The translations under genes were made by a program, and so were the position numbers. From contig JALSTN010000186.1 in the NCBI GenBank assembly GCA_026983735.1, positions 1-49,306 of the forward strand: a stretch of 49,306 nucleotides of DNA. Reading direction: 5' to 3'. Under the pieces are notes generated by a model. The model was given only the letters and a program-made list of their open reading frames with translations. It had not been told where the DNA came from and searched no databases. Position 1 is the stretch's first letter. Each line of letters starts with the position of its first letter. The DNA comes from Saprospiraceae bacterium. Its GTDB lineage: Bacteria; Bacteroidota; Bacteroidia; Chitinophagales; Saprospiraceae. Positions 28,708-38,618 of the stretch are shown piece by piece.

Positions 28708-28715
28708 CAAAAGTA
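28708..28715 (-). promoter_or_regulatory. -7 box TACTTTTG upstream of the small membrane-protein ORF
   Basis: The minus strand reads TACTTTTGCATATTGCTCAAGTAAACATATG. Confidence 0.45.
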
Positions 28716-29097
28716 TGAATAATAATCCAATAGTCTATACATTATCCCTAAATCATGCTCAGACCATTTAGTTATTAGGCGCACTTAATACAGATATGTA
28801 AAATGAACTTATTCTTTTATAATTATTCTTTGTGATGATTTTCTTAAGGAAAGGTATTACATGAATCCTCTGTATACACCAAATCGCTATTATCTCTTAC
28901 ACTAATTACTTCCTCATCGAGAATGGATGTTCATCCGTTGCTAAGGACAACCGTTCATCTGACTGATGATAAATCATACAATAGCTATCGTCTTAGGATT
29001 CTTTACAATTCCTACTCAAACATGCCGGATCATAAACCTCAGTAGGAATAAGTTCAAGTAAGACGTTCAACTATAAAAGAAGAAGGAATATAAAAAA

Positions 29098-29130
29098 TTC
29101 AACTACATTTGCAGCTTAAATGTAGTTGAA
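29098..29130. promoter_or_regulatory. Perfect 13-bp inverted repeat overlapping a -7 box immediately upstream of ubiE
   Basis: TTCAACTACATTT (29098-29110), a 7-nt spacer, then AAATGTAGTTGAA (29118-29130). TACATTTG at 29104-29111 matches TAnnTTTG. The ATG is at 29135. Confidence 0.5.
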
Positions 29131-29134
29131 ATCC

Positions 29135-29857
29135 ATGACAGTAAAACCCTATGAAGCGGATGGGAGCAAAAAGCAGCAAGTCAAACAAATGTTTGACCGC
29201 ATCTCTCATCAATATGACAGATTAAACCACTTGCTTTCTGCAGGAATTGATGTACGATGGCGCAAAAAAACAATACGAGAGATTGAAGGTGTTCATCCTA
29301 AGCAACTATTGGATGTAGCGACAGGGACGGGTGACTTTGCTATGATGCTTCAAGAGCGATGGCCTGAGAGTAACATTACGGGGTTAGATTTATCTCCCGG
29401 CATGTTGGATATTGCTAAACAAAAAATTGAACGCGCCGGATTGCAACAGCGTATCAAATTAGTAGAAGGAGATTCAGAGAATTTACCTATGGAAGACAAT
29501 TTTTTTGATGCGGTTACCGTTGGATTTGGAGTGCGCAATTTTGAGAATCTTGAAAAAGGGATAGCTGAGATGTTTAGGGTTCTTCGTCCTCATGGGCGAT
29601 TGGCGATTTTGGAATTCACAAAACCACGTACTCCCTTAATTAAGCCGCTTTTTCAATTGTATTTTAAGCATATACTTCCTAGAATTGGAGGAGCTATATC
29701 AGGTGATTCAGCAGCTTATAGGTATTTATTTGATTCGGTACAAGCCTTTCCTGAATATGAGGAATTGACCTCTATTATGAAAAAAATTGGATTCCGGAAA
29801 ACGTATTACAAACCCTTAACTTTTGGAATATGCTGTATTTACATTGGAGAAAAATAA
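29135..29857 (+). CDS. ubiE: Demethylmenaquinone / ubiquinone C-methyltransferase
   Basis: VKQMFDRISHQYDRLNHLLSAGIDVRWRK, the SAM motif LDVATGTGD, and FGVRN. Confidence 0.9.
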   Translation: MTVKPYEADGSKKQQVKQMFDRISHQYDRLNHLLSAGIDVRWRKKTIREIEGVHPKQLLDVATGTGDFAMMLQERWPESNITGLDLSPGMLDIAKQKIERAGLQQRIKLVEGDSENLPMEDNFFDAVTVGFGVRNFENLEKGIAEMFRVLRPHGRLAILEFTKPRTPLIKPLFQLYFKHILPRIGGAISGDSAAYRYLFDSVQAFPEYEELTSIMKKIGFRKTYYKPLTFGICCIYIGEK

Positions 29858-30552
29858 GTCTTATTAGCAGCTTAGTAGCTTTATTGGCGTTTTCTCCAAC
29901 TCTTCATGCTCAACACAGCTCGGATAATATTAATTATTTTGCCTTTAGCAAACGTCCTTATTATTTTGGTTTGCGGATTGCCTCGATTTATTCCGATTTC
30001 CAAATAAACCCCTCCAAGAATTTTATTGGCGGAGATTACACCACAATTAAATCCATCACCGGATCGGGAGCAGGTGCAAGCGTGGTATTCAATCTTAAAG
30101 TGGGCAAATTCTTCGACTTAAGGTTATTGCCTACAGTCTCTTACCAGAGCAGAGATTTTATATTCACTTCACCTTCTCAAGGAGAAACTACAGATAGAAT
30201 TGAATCTATTTTTTTGGAAATGCCTATCCTAGTACGTTATAAATCAAAAGCGTACAAGGACAAGAAAGCATTTCTAGTCGGAGGAGTAAAATACGCATAT
30301 GATGTTCAGAGTAACAGCAAATTAGACCAAAAGCGATTTAATGATATTTTGCGAACGTCCCCTCATGACTTTTCTCTTGAAATAGGTGCTGGTATCCAGT
30401 TCTTTTTCCCCTACTTCATATTCTCTCCTGAAATCAAATTCTCACAAGGTATCGACAATATGCTCATATACAATAAGAACCTACCCCGAGCAAAAGTTAT
30501 TGAGAGTATTCTTTCCCGATCCATTAGTATATCCGTACACTTCGAAGGGTAA
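29830..30552 (+). CDS. porT: PorT/SprT-family outer-membrane beta-barrel protein (T9SS-associated)
   Basis: Signal peptide ending LHAQ and a beta-barrel strand pattern. It sits immediately downstream of ubiE, overlapping it by 28 nt, which is the ubiE-porT synteny known in Bacteroidota. Confidence 0.65.
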   Translation: MLYLHWRKISLISSLVALLAFSPTLHAQHSSDNINYFAFSKRPYYFGLRIASIYSDFQINPSKNFIGGDYTTIKSITGSGAGASVVFNLKVGKFFDLRLLPTVSYQSRDFIFTSPSQGETTDRIESIFLEMPILVRYKSKAYKDKKAFLVGGVKYAYDVQSNSKLDQKRFNDILRTSPHDFSLEIGAGIQFFFPYFIFSPEIKFSQGIDNMLIYNKNLPRAKVIESILSRSISISVHFEG

Positions 30553-30557
30553 GAATA

Positions 30558-31166
30558 TTATTTATTTTTATTTTTTACCGCCTCCCAAGTCTCGAAGAGT
30601 TTTTTTTGCTCAGGACGTTCTAAAGGCATTTCCGTAAGAGGAGTGCAAGGGGCCCAATGTTGTCTTAAATCCTCCGGCAATCCTTGATACAATTCTGTTC
30701 CACGTGTTTTCCAGGCTAACATCTTATCATCTACTTTTCTAATAATTTTACCGGGATTACCGACTACTAGACTTCGCTCAGGGATGATTTGACGTGCTTT
30801 GACCAAGGTTAATGCTCCTATAATAGATCCTGCCCCAACAGACGCTTCATCCATCACAACAGCATTCATCCCCACAAGGACATTTTCCCCGATATGAGCT
30901 CCATGTATAATCGCGCCATGGCCTATATGGGCTCCTTCGTCCAGATGAACCTCCACGCCCGGGAACATATGGACAATTACATTTTCCTGTACATTGGCGC
31001 CATCATGAATAACAATCCCACCCCAATCTCCTCTCAAGACGGCACCCGGTCCTATATAAACATCTCTACCTATAATGACATTGCCACGAATCGTAGCAGA
31101 AGGATGCACGAATGCACTTGGATGAACCACCGGGATAAAACCTTTAAAAGCGTAGAACATAAACAT
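30558..31166 (-). CDS. Gamma-carbonic-anhydrase-like / PaaY-type hexapeptide-repeat protein
   Basis: Left-handed beta-helix hexapeptide repeats (VHPSATIRGNVIIG, VYIGPGAVLRGD, and so on) with His residues spaced as in the gamma-CA/PaaY family. Confidence 0.8.
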   Translation of the reverse strand: MFMFYAFKGFIPVVHPSAFVHPSATIRGNVIIGRDVYIGPGAVLRGDWGGIVIHDGANVQENVIVHMFPGVEVHLDEGAHIGHGAIIHGAHIGENVLVGMNAVVMDEASVGAGSIIGALTLVKARQIIPERSLVVGNPGKIIRKVDDKMLAWKTRGTELYQGLPEDLRQHWAPCTPLTEMPLERPEQKKLFETWEAVKNKNK

Positions 31167-31299
31167 AGCTTTAACTCCCCGTAGTATGTGATCACATCAC
31201 TAACGGACAAGGAGAGGATTGATAAACATTTTGCAAAATTGCAGTATTTCTTGAACATTAGACAAAAAAATAGTCTTTTTATATTAAAGATGCAATAAT

Positions 31300-31971
31300 A
31301 TGAGTAGGTTTACTTCGCAATTTCACAAGTTCTTTACAGCCTTAGAAAAAAACAATAATAGAGAATGGTTTCATAAGAACAAGACACTCTTTAAGGATGA
31401 GGTGGAAGCTCCATTTCACCATTTCATAGGGGAGTTAATGCATTATCTAGAAAATAAGGGAGAAACATTCAACAAGACTTCTACAAAAGACTATGTGTAT
31501 CGCATCTATCGAGATGTGAGATTTAGTAAAGACAAGAGCCCTTACAAAGTCCAAATGTCTGCGATTTTATCTCCGGAAGGACGTAAATCTGATGTCCCAT
31601 TGGGATTATATCTGGAAGCCAATCACGACAAGTTTCATATATATGAAGGATTATTTCGTCCCTCGAAATCCATATTATACAATGTCAGAAACGCAATTGC
31701 CCAAAATATTGAGCAATTTGAAGAGATCTTAAATCACCCTAAGCTTACTGCTACTTTTAGTCCCTTATTAGGTGATAAAAATAAACGATTACCCAAAGAA
31801 TTTCAAGAAGCAGCTCTAAGAACCCCTTTACTGTATTTTAAATCATATTATATTCGGGCGGAACTGTCTTCTGATCTCCTGTTAATGGACAATCTTCCTG
31901 AAATAGTGTGGCAGTACCACAAAATTGCAAAGCCTTTTACAGCGTTTTTGAACAAAGCTTTATCGGATTAG
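31300..31971 (+). CDS. DUF2461 (TIGR02453) family protein
   Basis: The N-terminal FFTALEKNNNREWFHKNKTLFKDEV and the later YRIYRDVRFSKDKSPYK are characteristic of this family. Confidence 0.7.
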   Translation: MSRFTSQFHKFFTALEKNNNREWFHKNKTLFKDEVEAPFHHFIGELMHYLENKGETFNKTSTKDYVYRIYRDVRFSKDKSPYKVQMSAILSPEGRKSDVPLGLYLEANHDKFHIYEGLFRPSKSILYNVRNAIAQNIEQFEEILNHPKLTATFSPLLGDKNKRLPKEFQEAALRTPLLYFKSYYIRAELSSDLLLMDNLPEIVWQYHKIAKPFTAFLNKALSD

Positions 31972-33170
31972 ACCCGTTCGATTACAGTAGCGTATCCCTG
32001 TCCTACACCAATGCACATAGTAACTAAAGCATAACGCTTCTGCTGTTCATGCAATTCTATTGCCGCGGTCAAAAGCAATCGCGCACCTGTCATCCCCAGG
32101 GGATGGCCCAATGCAATTGCACCGCCATTGGGGTTGATTCTGGGATCAGAAGGGGATAATTCAAATTCGTTAAGACAGGCCAATACTTGAGCTGAAAAAG
32201 CTTCATTAATCTCTATTATATCCATGTCCTTTAGTTCGAGACCTGCCCGCTTTAATGCGATGGATGAGGCCGGAACAGGACCGATGCCCATTATTTTAGG
32301 TTCTACTCCAGCCACACCGGAAGAAATGATCTTAGCCAAGGGATTTAGACCGTATCGATCTACTGCCTTCTTGGAGGCTATCATCAATGCCGCTGCCCCA
32401 TCGTTCAACCCCGAAGCATTTCCCGCTGTAACCGAACCACCTTCTTTCTTAAATGCAGGCCGCAAAGTAGCGAGTACTTCTTTCGTCGTATTGGGTTTGA
32501 CAAACTCATCTTCAGAAAAAACGATAGGAGGCTTCTTACGTTGAGGGATCTCAATGCCAACAATCTCTTTACTCCAACGTCCGGAGGCTTGAGCTTTACC
32601 GGCTTTTTGTTGAGAGTAAAAAGCAAATTCATCCTGTGCTTCTCGAGAAATATTATATTTGCTAACCAAATTCTCCGCTGTCTCCCCCATCGCATGTGTC
32701 CCGTATAAGGCTTTCATCTTGGGGTTTACAAATCTCCAACCAAAACTAGAATCATAGAGTCTAGCATCATTTCCAAAGGGTTTGGCAGATTTAGACATCA
32801 CATATGGACCTCTCGTCATATGCTCCACTCCGCCACTTATAAATACCTCCCCATCCCCTGCTTTAATAGCCCGATGCGCATGAATCGCTGCAGACATACC
32901 CGAGGCACACAACCTATTTACAGTTTCCCCGGGAACAGTCCATGGTAATCCGGCCAAAAGAGATGCCATCCTCGCAATATTTCTATTGTCCTCTCCAGCT
33001 TGATTAGCACATCCCAGCACTACGTCATCTACATCCTTTGGAGGGATTAAAGGATTCCTCTTTAAAAGCGCACGAATAACATGTGCCGCAAGATCATCGG
33101 TACGAATGGGTGACAGTGCACCTCTAAACTTTCCTATCGGAGTACGCACTCCATCTACTATGTATGTCAT
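31968..33170 (-). CDS. Acetyl-CoA C-acyltransferase (thiolase)
   Basis: From the ATG at 33170: MTYIVDGVRTPIGKFRG. Active-site NRLCASGM, then NPNGGAIALGHPLGMTGARL and CIGVGQG. A -7 box 20 nt upstream supports this start over 33308. Confidence 0.9.
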   Translation of the reverse strand: MTYIVDGVRTPIGKFRGALSPIRTDDLAAHVIRALLKRNPLIPPKDVDDVVLGCANQAGEDNRNIARMASLLAGLPWTVPGETVNRLCASGMSAAIHAHRAIKAGDGEVFISGGVEHMTRGPYVMSKSAKPFGNDARLYDSSFGWRFVNPKMKALYGTHAMGETAENLVSKYNISREAQDEFAFYSQQKAGKAQASGRWSKEIVGIEIPQRKKPPIVFSEDEFVKPNTTKEVLATLRPAFKKEGGSVTAGNASGLNDGAAALMIASKKAVDRYGLNPLAKIISSGVAGVEPKIMGIGPVPASSIALKRAGLELKDMDIIEINEAFSAQVLACLNEFELSPSDPRINPNGGAIALGHPLGMTGARLLLTAAIELHEQQKRYALVTMCIGVGQGYATVIERV

Positions 33171-33190
33171 TGAAATTTGTTTTCGAAGAG

Positions 33191-33198
33191 CAAAGATA
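33191..33198 (-). promoter_or_regulatory. -7 box TATCTTTG upstream of the thiolase gene
   Basis: The minus strand reads TATCTTTGCTCTTCGAAAACAAATTTCAATG. Confidence 0.5.
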
Positions 33199-33448
33199 AT
33201 AGGAAGCTTGGAGTAATGGTATTTTGGTATGAAATAGTTGGATGCCGAAATAGATTTAAGCACTGAAAAAATCCACGGTTTATTGGCTGCAAAGACAAAG
33301 GAATACAACTAGTTCTCTAATTCGATTATCGCAATATATAAAATAATATTCCAAATAATATCACTAGTATAACAGTGTTTGGTTCGAAGTGAATAATAAC
33401 TTGGCATTCAGGGAGAGATAAATATCATACCCTTATACAAGAAAATTT

Positions 33449-33468
33449 TATGGAGAATGTTCTCCATA
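33449..33468. promoter_or_regulatory. 20-bp perfect palindrome in the divergent thiolase / tamB-like intergenic region
   Basis: TATGGAGAA-TG-TTCTCCATA: 9-bp arms with a 2-nt centre. Confidence 0.3.
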
Positions 33469-33693
33469 GATTCGTTCATCATAAACATAATCAGATTGAT
33501 GTGAGTCTTACAATAAATAATCTAATGTAAAAATTAGGTTAAACATGATTTAAAATGTGTTTTTTGGACTATATTTTGCGTTATTAGCTAAGTATCAAAA
33601 AGTCCAAATCTTATATGTAAATCAGATTGGGAATCACGTAAGTTTAGCCAATAATATTGAGTTCATCAAAGATGATTATCTTCGCAATAGTCA

Positions 33694-36600
33694 ATGAAAG
33701 ACAAGGAGAATAAAAATATCAACCTAAATCCCAAAACCAACGCTTCTAAGAGACGTTGGTTTTGGCGAATATTTCTTGGACTTGTACTTGTCCTTATCGC
33801 AGGAGGCATGGTTTTATCCTCTGCTCTAAATCATCAATGGGGAGTAAGACAAATAGAACAACGCCTTTCAAATTCTTTTCATACCGAGGTAAGACTTGAT
33901 ACTTTTCATTTTAGTATATGGAGTGGCCTTTCTATAGATGGACTTTTAATGATGGATTATCGTCGGGACACAATGCTATATGCCGGTCAGATTCAGGTAA
34001 ATTATAACAACTTAATCAAGACCATTTTTACGCGCAAATTGGCATTTGATAAAGCCTTTCTAAGGAATACCAGAATAAAGCTAGTAACTTATCCCGGTGA
34101 AGAATCCAATAACTGGGTCAAAACCCTCAATCAAACAACATCTTTCAAAACTGAGATCAAAAATACTAAAGAAGAGCCATCAAAAAAGGAACCTTTTTTT
34201 GATATGACGTTTGACATACATTATATTCAAGTAGAAGATTTTTCACTCTTGCACATCCATTCGAACAAACACTTTGAGAATCAGTATGAAATACCCTGGT
34301 TAGAAGCGACTATATTAGATGATGATTTCAAGGAAAAAACATTTCATATCGGAAAGGTCAATATAGAATCACCTGCTGTATGGTTAAAAAAATACCCAAA
34401 TGTGGATTCTACTCTTGGACGATCATCCCCTATGGAAGAAACTACTACGATTTCATACCAAACAGAAGATTCAACCCAAATTGACGAAGTGGGAATGGCT
34501 TCCAAAAAAGCAGCTTTTCTGGTCGTCTTAGACCAACTTGACCTTCATTCAGGGGAACTCTTTTATAACAACTATAGCCAGCAATCTCCTTATGATCAAA
34601 TGGACGGCCCTTTTATCGACTGGAATAATATAGAAATCAATAACATACATTTATCGGGAAGGAGGATAAACTTCACTAATGCAACTAGCAATGGACAAAT
34701 AGACCATTTGAGCTTTGAAGAGAAATCAGGATTCACCTTAAATGAAATGTGTGTGGATGCATTTTCTACTTCACATGATTCTATAAGTATCGAAGATTGT
34801 AACATTTTCACTCAAAAAGGTAAAATTTCAGGTGATTTCAGAATGGATTATGAAGGTGCAGAATCTTTTCAGTATTTTGTAGATGATGTTTACCTTTACG
34901 GAGACATCTCAGAAGCACAAATTCCGCTTCAGGATATACTCTATTTTGCTCCTGCGTTATACAAAACCCATTATTTTGCGGCACACAGTACAAAATCGCT
35001 TTTGTTTAGGGGCAAAATTCTAGGTCCGGTTAATGCGCTTAAAGGCAGGGCCATATCTGCTTCTATACCCGGCGACTTGTCATTTAAGGGGCAGATCTCC
35101 ACACGTGATTTGACCCACAAAGGAGAGCGATTTTTTTCCTTAAAGGCCAAGCCACTGCTGACGAGCACCAATACATTAGTTGATATATTACAGATAAAGC
35201 AATCCATCTCTAGATTTAACAGACTTGGCAATATAGCTTTTACAGGACAGTTCGATGGATTTATACAAGACTTTGTTACTTTTGGAACTCTTGAGTCTGA
35301 TTTAGGTATAGCAGAGATGGATATGCGCCTCAATTTAAGACCGGGTATTAAGGCGGCCAAATATGCCGGCCATATGGCGCTGCAAGATTTTCAACTTGGA
35401 AAATTCCTTGAATCTAAAGACCTCGGCTCTGTCACAGTAAATGCAGCTGTAACAGATGGAATTGGGATGACCATCCAACATGCTAAGGCCAATTTAGATG
35501 CCCATGTATTGTCCTTGGAGTACAAGGGATATCAATATCAGAACGGAGTGTTCAATGGGATACTCAACAAATCTCTAGTAGATGGATCTTTTACCATCTC
35601 CGATGACAATATAGACCTTGAATTCAAAGGGCTGATCAGGGATTTAGACGTCAAACCAAAACTTAATTTTACTACAAAAATTAAAACACTTAAGCTCAAA
35701 CCTCTTCATCTAAACAAAGAAAATATACAAATGCAAGGAGATCTTCGAGTCAACCTCGAGGGGACGAACATCGACAACTCTTCCGGAAGTATTTCGCTAC
35801 ATCATTTTAAGATTCAAAGGGATACGGATATGTATCAACTAAACACTGTTGAGGCTTTTCAAAAGATCTATGCGGGAGGAATAAAAACTTTGAAGTTGGA
35901 GTCTGATTTGGTAGATGCTCAGTTCAACGGCAATTACAAACTCAGTGCACTTCATAAGGATATCTTGAATCTATTCTATAGAAAACATAAGCAATTGTAT
36001 CAATCCCTTAAATTGCCGCAATATACTTCTGATACGATTTCCAGATTTTATACTTATTTAATTCATGCCAAAAACTTAGATCCCATTCTTCCTATCTTAA
36101 CACGAAAGGATTTAAAGTGCACCTCTTTCCATGCAAATGGCATTTTCGATGAGAGTTTGGATTCCTTAGAATTTTCTTTCAATACACCTCGTTTTTCCCT
36201 TCAGAACATAGCATTTAATGATCTATCTATTCATGGTAAAGAGGGAGAGAAAGAGGGTTTTTGGGAGGTGCGTATGGATAAAGTAAAAAAATCAAATCTA
36301 AAGAATTATTTAACGTCTGTTCGGGCGAGCTTTGGGCTTTTGCAAGACACCCTTTATTCAGAGTTAGAGATTGGAGATTCTTCACGATTCATAGATACAC
36401 TTCATTTGTTGACCATTTCATATCCTGAAGAAAAAGGAATGGTAAATTATATCCAGGAATCATCAAATATTTCTCTAGGTGGAGAAAAATGGTCCATAGA
36501 CCCGCTTAATTATATATTTGTCAATAAAGAGCAGGTTGATGTTAGGAATTTCAATGCGCATTCCAACAAAGGAAAAACCCTTTCAATCGAGAGCTATGAG

Positions 36601-38583
36601 CGCACGGGTATCACATTAGAATTAGACAAGTTGCCCATGAGTGCTATAGATAGTCTCATCCATATTCCCAATTTGGAATTCACAGGAGAGGTCAATTTTT
36701 ATACGAATATTAAGGATATCTTCCATCTTAAGAATATATCAGGTGGGTTTTCGAGTGTAGATCTGGGTTTGAGACCGGTCCAACTAGGTGTTACTCATAT
36801 GAGTTTTCTCATGAAAGATATTAAGTCCCCTATTTCCATAGACCTAAGATCGATTAAAGGCTCACAAATTCTCAATGCTAGTGGGCACTTGCGATTTGAT
36901 TCGTTGGACGTGGGTTCAAATGAAAAAAAAGTAGGATATGTGTTTAAAGCAGATGGAACAAATTTACCTTTGAAAGCCATAAAAATAATCATACCAAATG
37001 GAATTTCAGATATTGCCGGACAAGTATCTAGTAATGTTACGCTAACTGGAATCGGCAAGAAGAAAGATCTCAGGGGCATGGCCTATGTCGAACAAGGGCG
37101 TGCAAAAATTGACTATACCGGTGTAACGTATTACATGGATAAACAAACAGTTCGATTTGATAAAAATTATATTGACTTTACAGGAGTAATTCTGTCCGAT
37201 ACCCTTGGACGTAAGGGGGTCGTAACGGGAGGTATGAGCCACGAATATTTATCCGATCCCAGTATGAATGTTACGATTCAAGCAAATAAAATATTAGGCT
37301 TATCGACCACAAAATATGATAATCCAAGTTATTATGGAACGGCTATCGGGGAAGTACTAGTCGCATTTAAAGGGCCTTTAAAAGATTTGACAATAGATAT
37401 CCAAGGAGTAGCTGAAAATGGGACCAATCTCTTTATCCCGACCGGTTATTCTTCTGAGGAAGGGAAATATAGGAATACGTTTATCTATTTTAAGTCTAAA
37501 GAAAAAGAAAATAAGAAGAAGGAAGAAAATAATGCATTCCAGCTTACCGTCAACCTTGACATTGAGATTAAGGAAGAGGCAGAGGTTTCCATTATCTTTG
37601 ATGAAAGCGCAGGCGATATCCTTAAAGGAGCAGGGACAGGCAAGATTCACATGAGCATTCTACCTGGAGGTCAGATTTCAATGATAGGCGATTATGAGGT
37701 AGTTAAAGGTAATTACCTTTTTACACTCTTCAATGTAGTCAATAAGCCATTTGTCGTGCAGCCCGGTGGCAAAGTTAGATGGAACGGTGATCCTTTAAAT
37801 GCACAACTTGATATCACGGCGGTCTATGAACATCTACAGGCACCATTAGCCCCACTTATTGCAGATTACCTGGAAAACGGTCCTGACGAGATTAAGACGA
37901 TCGCACAGCGCCCACATGAAGTCACACTTGAAATGCACATTACAGGTGCTCTCTTCCACCCTGAGATTTCCTTCAATATTGTTATTCCCAACCTCACCGG
38001 GCCATTACGAAGTTATACCATAGCCAGGCTCAATGACGTCAACCAAAATCCAGCAGCTCTTAATCAACAGGTTTTTGGGCTTATCGTATTTAATAGTTTC
38101 TTTCCTCCTTCCGGAATTGGACAAAATGCAGGATCTATCAATTATACCGCTAGCTTAAATGAATTTTTTTCAAGGCAATTGTCTAGTTTATTGACCGGGG
38201 TGCTCCAACAAGTAGTAAGTGATGTCGGGTTTGTTTCTAATGTACAATTAAATGTCGGATACAAACAAGTCCAAAGATACATCGGCCCCATTAGCCAAGC
38301 AGGTGGTGGAGAGTACAACCTGGAAACAAGCCTTGACCTTATTGATGCTGTACGATTGAGGTACAAAGGAATTTATGCAAACTCATCAATAACAAATGAA
38401 TCCTCATATTTAGATAGCGAGTTTGATATTGAATTTATCAAAACAGGAGTAGATGGATTGCGTTTTAAAGTTATTTTTGCTCAAGACCACTTCATCAATA
38501 ACACCCCAAGATCTAAAGTGGGTATTGGGGCTAGTTACAAGACAGATTTTGATACACTTACATGGCGCAACTTAATCTATTAG
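33694..38583 (+). CDS. TamB-like translocation and assembly module protein (DUF490 C-terminus)
   Basis: 1629 aa. Single N-terminal TM anchor (FWRIFLGLVLVLIAGGMVLSSAL), a very long beta-rich body, and a C-terminal region (GKVRWNGDPLNAQLDITAVY...) resembling DUF490. There is no adjacent tamA/bamA-like gene. Confidence 0.7.
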   Translation: MKDKENKNINLNPKTNASKRRWFWRIFLGLVLVLIAGGMVLSSALNHQWGVRQIEQRLSNSFHTEVRLDTFHFSIWSGLSIDGLLMMDYRRDTMLYAGQIQVNYNNLIKTIFTRKLAFDKAFLRNTRIKLVTYPGEESNNWVKTLNQTTSFKTEIKNTKEEPSKKEPFFDMTFDIHYIQVEDFSLLHIHSNKHFENQYEIPWLEATILDDDFKEKTFHIGKVNIESPAVWLKKYPNVDSTLGRSSPMEETTTISYQTEDSTQIDEVGMASKKAAFLVVLDQLDLHSGELFYNNYSQQSPYDQMDGPFIDWNNIEINNIHLSGRRINFTNATSNGQIDHLSFEEKSGFTLNEMCVDAFSTSHDSISIEDCNIFTQKGKISGDFRMDYEGAESFQYFVDDVYLYGDISEAQIPLQDILYFAPALYKTHYFAAHSTKSLLFRGKILGPVNALKGRAISASIPGDLSFKGQISTRDLTHKGERFFSLKAKPLLTSTNTLVDILQIKQSISRFNRLGNIAFTGQFDGFIQDFVTFGTLESDLGIAEMDMRLNLRPGIKAAKYAGHMALQDFQLGKFLESKDLGSVTVNAAVTDGIGMTIQHAKANLDAHVLSLEYKGYQYQNGVFNGILNKSLVDGSFTISDDNIDLEFKGLIRDLDVKPKLNFTTKIKTLKLKPLHLNKENIQMQGDLRVNLEGTNIDNSSGSISLHHFKIQRDTDMYQLNTVEAFQKIYAGGIKTLKLESDLVDAQFNGNYKLSALHKDILNLFYRKHKQLYQSLKLPQYTSDTISRFYTYLIHAKNLDPILPILTRKDLKCTSFHANGIFDESLDSLEFSFNTPRFSLQNIAFNDLSIHGKEGEKEGFWEVRMDKVKKSNLKNYLTSVRASFGLLQDTLYSELEIGDSSRFIDTLHLLTISYPEEKGMVNYIQESSNISLGGEKWSIDPLNYIFVNKEQVDVRNFNAHSNKGKTLSIESYERTGITLELDKLPMSAIDSLIHIPNLEFTGEVNFYTNIKDIFHLKNISGGFSSVDLGLRPVQLGVTHMSFLMKDIKSPISIDLRSIKGSQILNASGHLRFDSLDVGSNEKKVGYVFKADGTNLPLKAIKIIIPNGISDIAGQVSSNVTLTGIGKKKDLRGMAYVEQGRAKIDYTGVTYYMDKQTVRFDKNYIDFTGVILSDTLGRKGVVTGGMSHEYLSDPSMNVTIQANKILGLSTTKYDNPSYYGTAIGEVLVAFKGPLKDLTIDIQGVAENGTNLFIPTGYSSEEGKYRNTFIYFKSKEKENKKKEENNAFQLTVNLDIEIKEEAEVSIIFDESAGDILKGAGTGKIHMSILPGGQISMIGDYEVVKGNYLFTLFNVVNKPFVVQPGGKVRWNGDPLNAQLDITAVYEHLQAPLAPLIADYLENGPDEIKTIAQRPHEVTLEMHITGALFHPEISFNIVIPNLTGPLRSYTIARLNDVNQNPAALNQQVFGLIVFNSFFPPSGIGQNAGSINYTASLNEFFSRQLSSLLTGVLQQVVSDVGFVSNVQLNVGYKQVQRYIGPISQAGGGEYNLETSLDLIDAVRLRYKGIYANSSITNESSYLDSEFDIEFIKTGVDGLRFKVIFAQDHFINNTPRSKVGIGASYKTDFDTLTWRNLIY

Positions 38584-38618
38584 ATTAAGTTGATTTGAGG
38601 TCTTTAGAGCACTATTGT

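Noticed and set aside
28494-28718. A 74-aa plus-strand ORF opposite the small membrane-protein ORF.
   Set aside because: I found no promoter box upstream on the plus strand, and the composition is less protein-like. The minus-strand ORF has a consensus -7 box. The issue is not fully settled.
31968-31971. Convergent gene ends overlapping without a terminator (DUF2461/thiolase at 31968-31971; feoB/hemW at 48933-48943).
   Set aside because: Short convergent overlaps are common in compact bacterial genomes. I saw no hairpin or other structure to suggest a specific mechanism.
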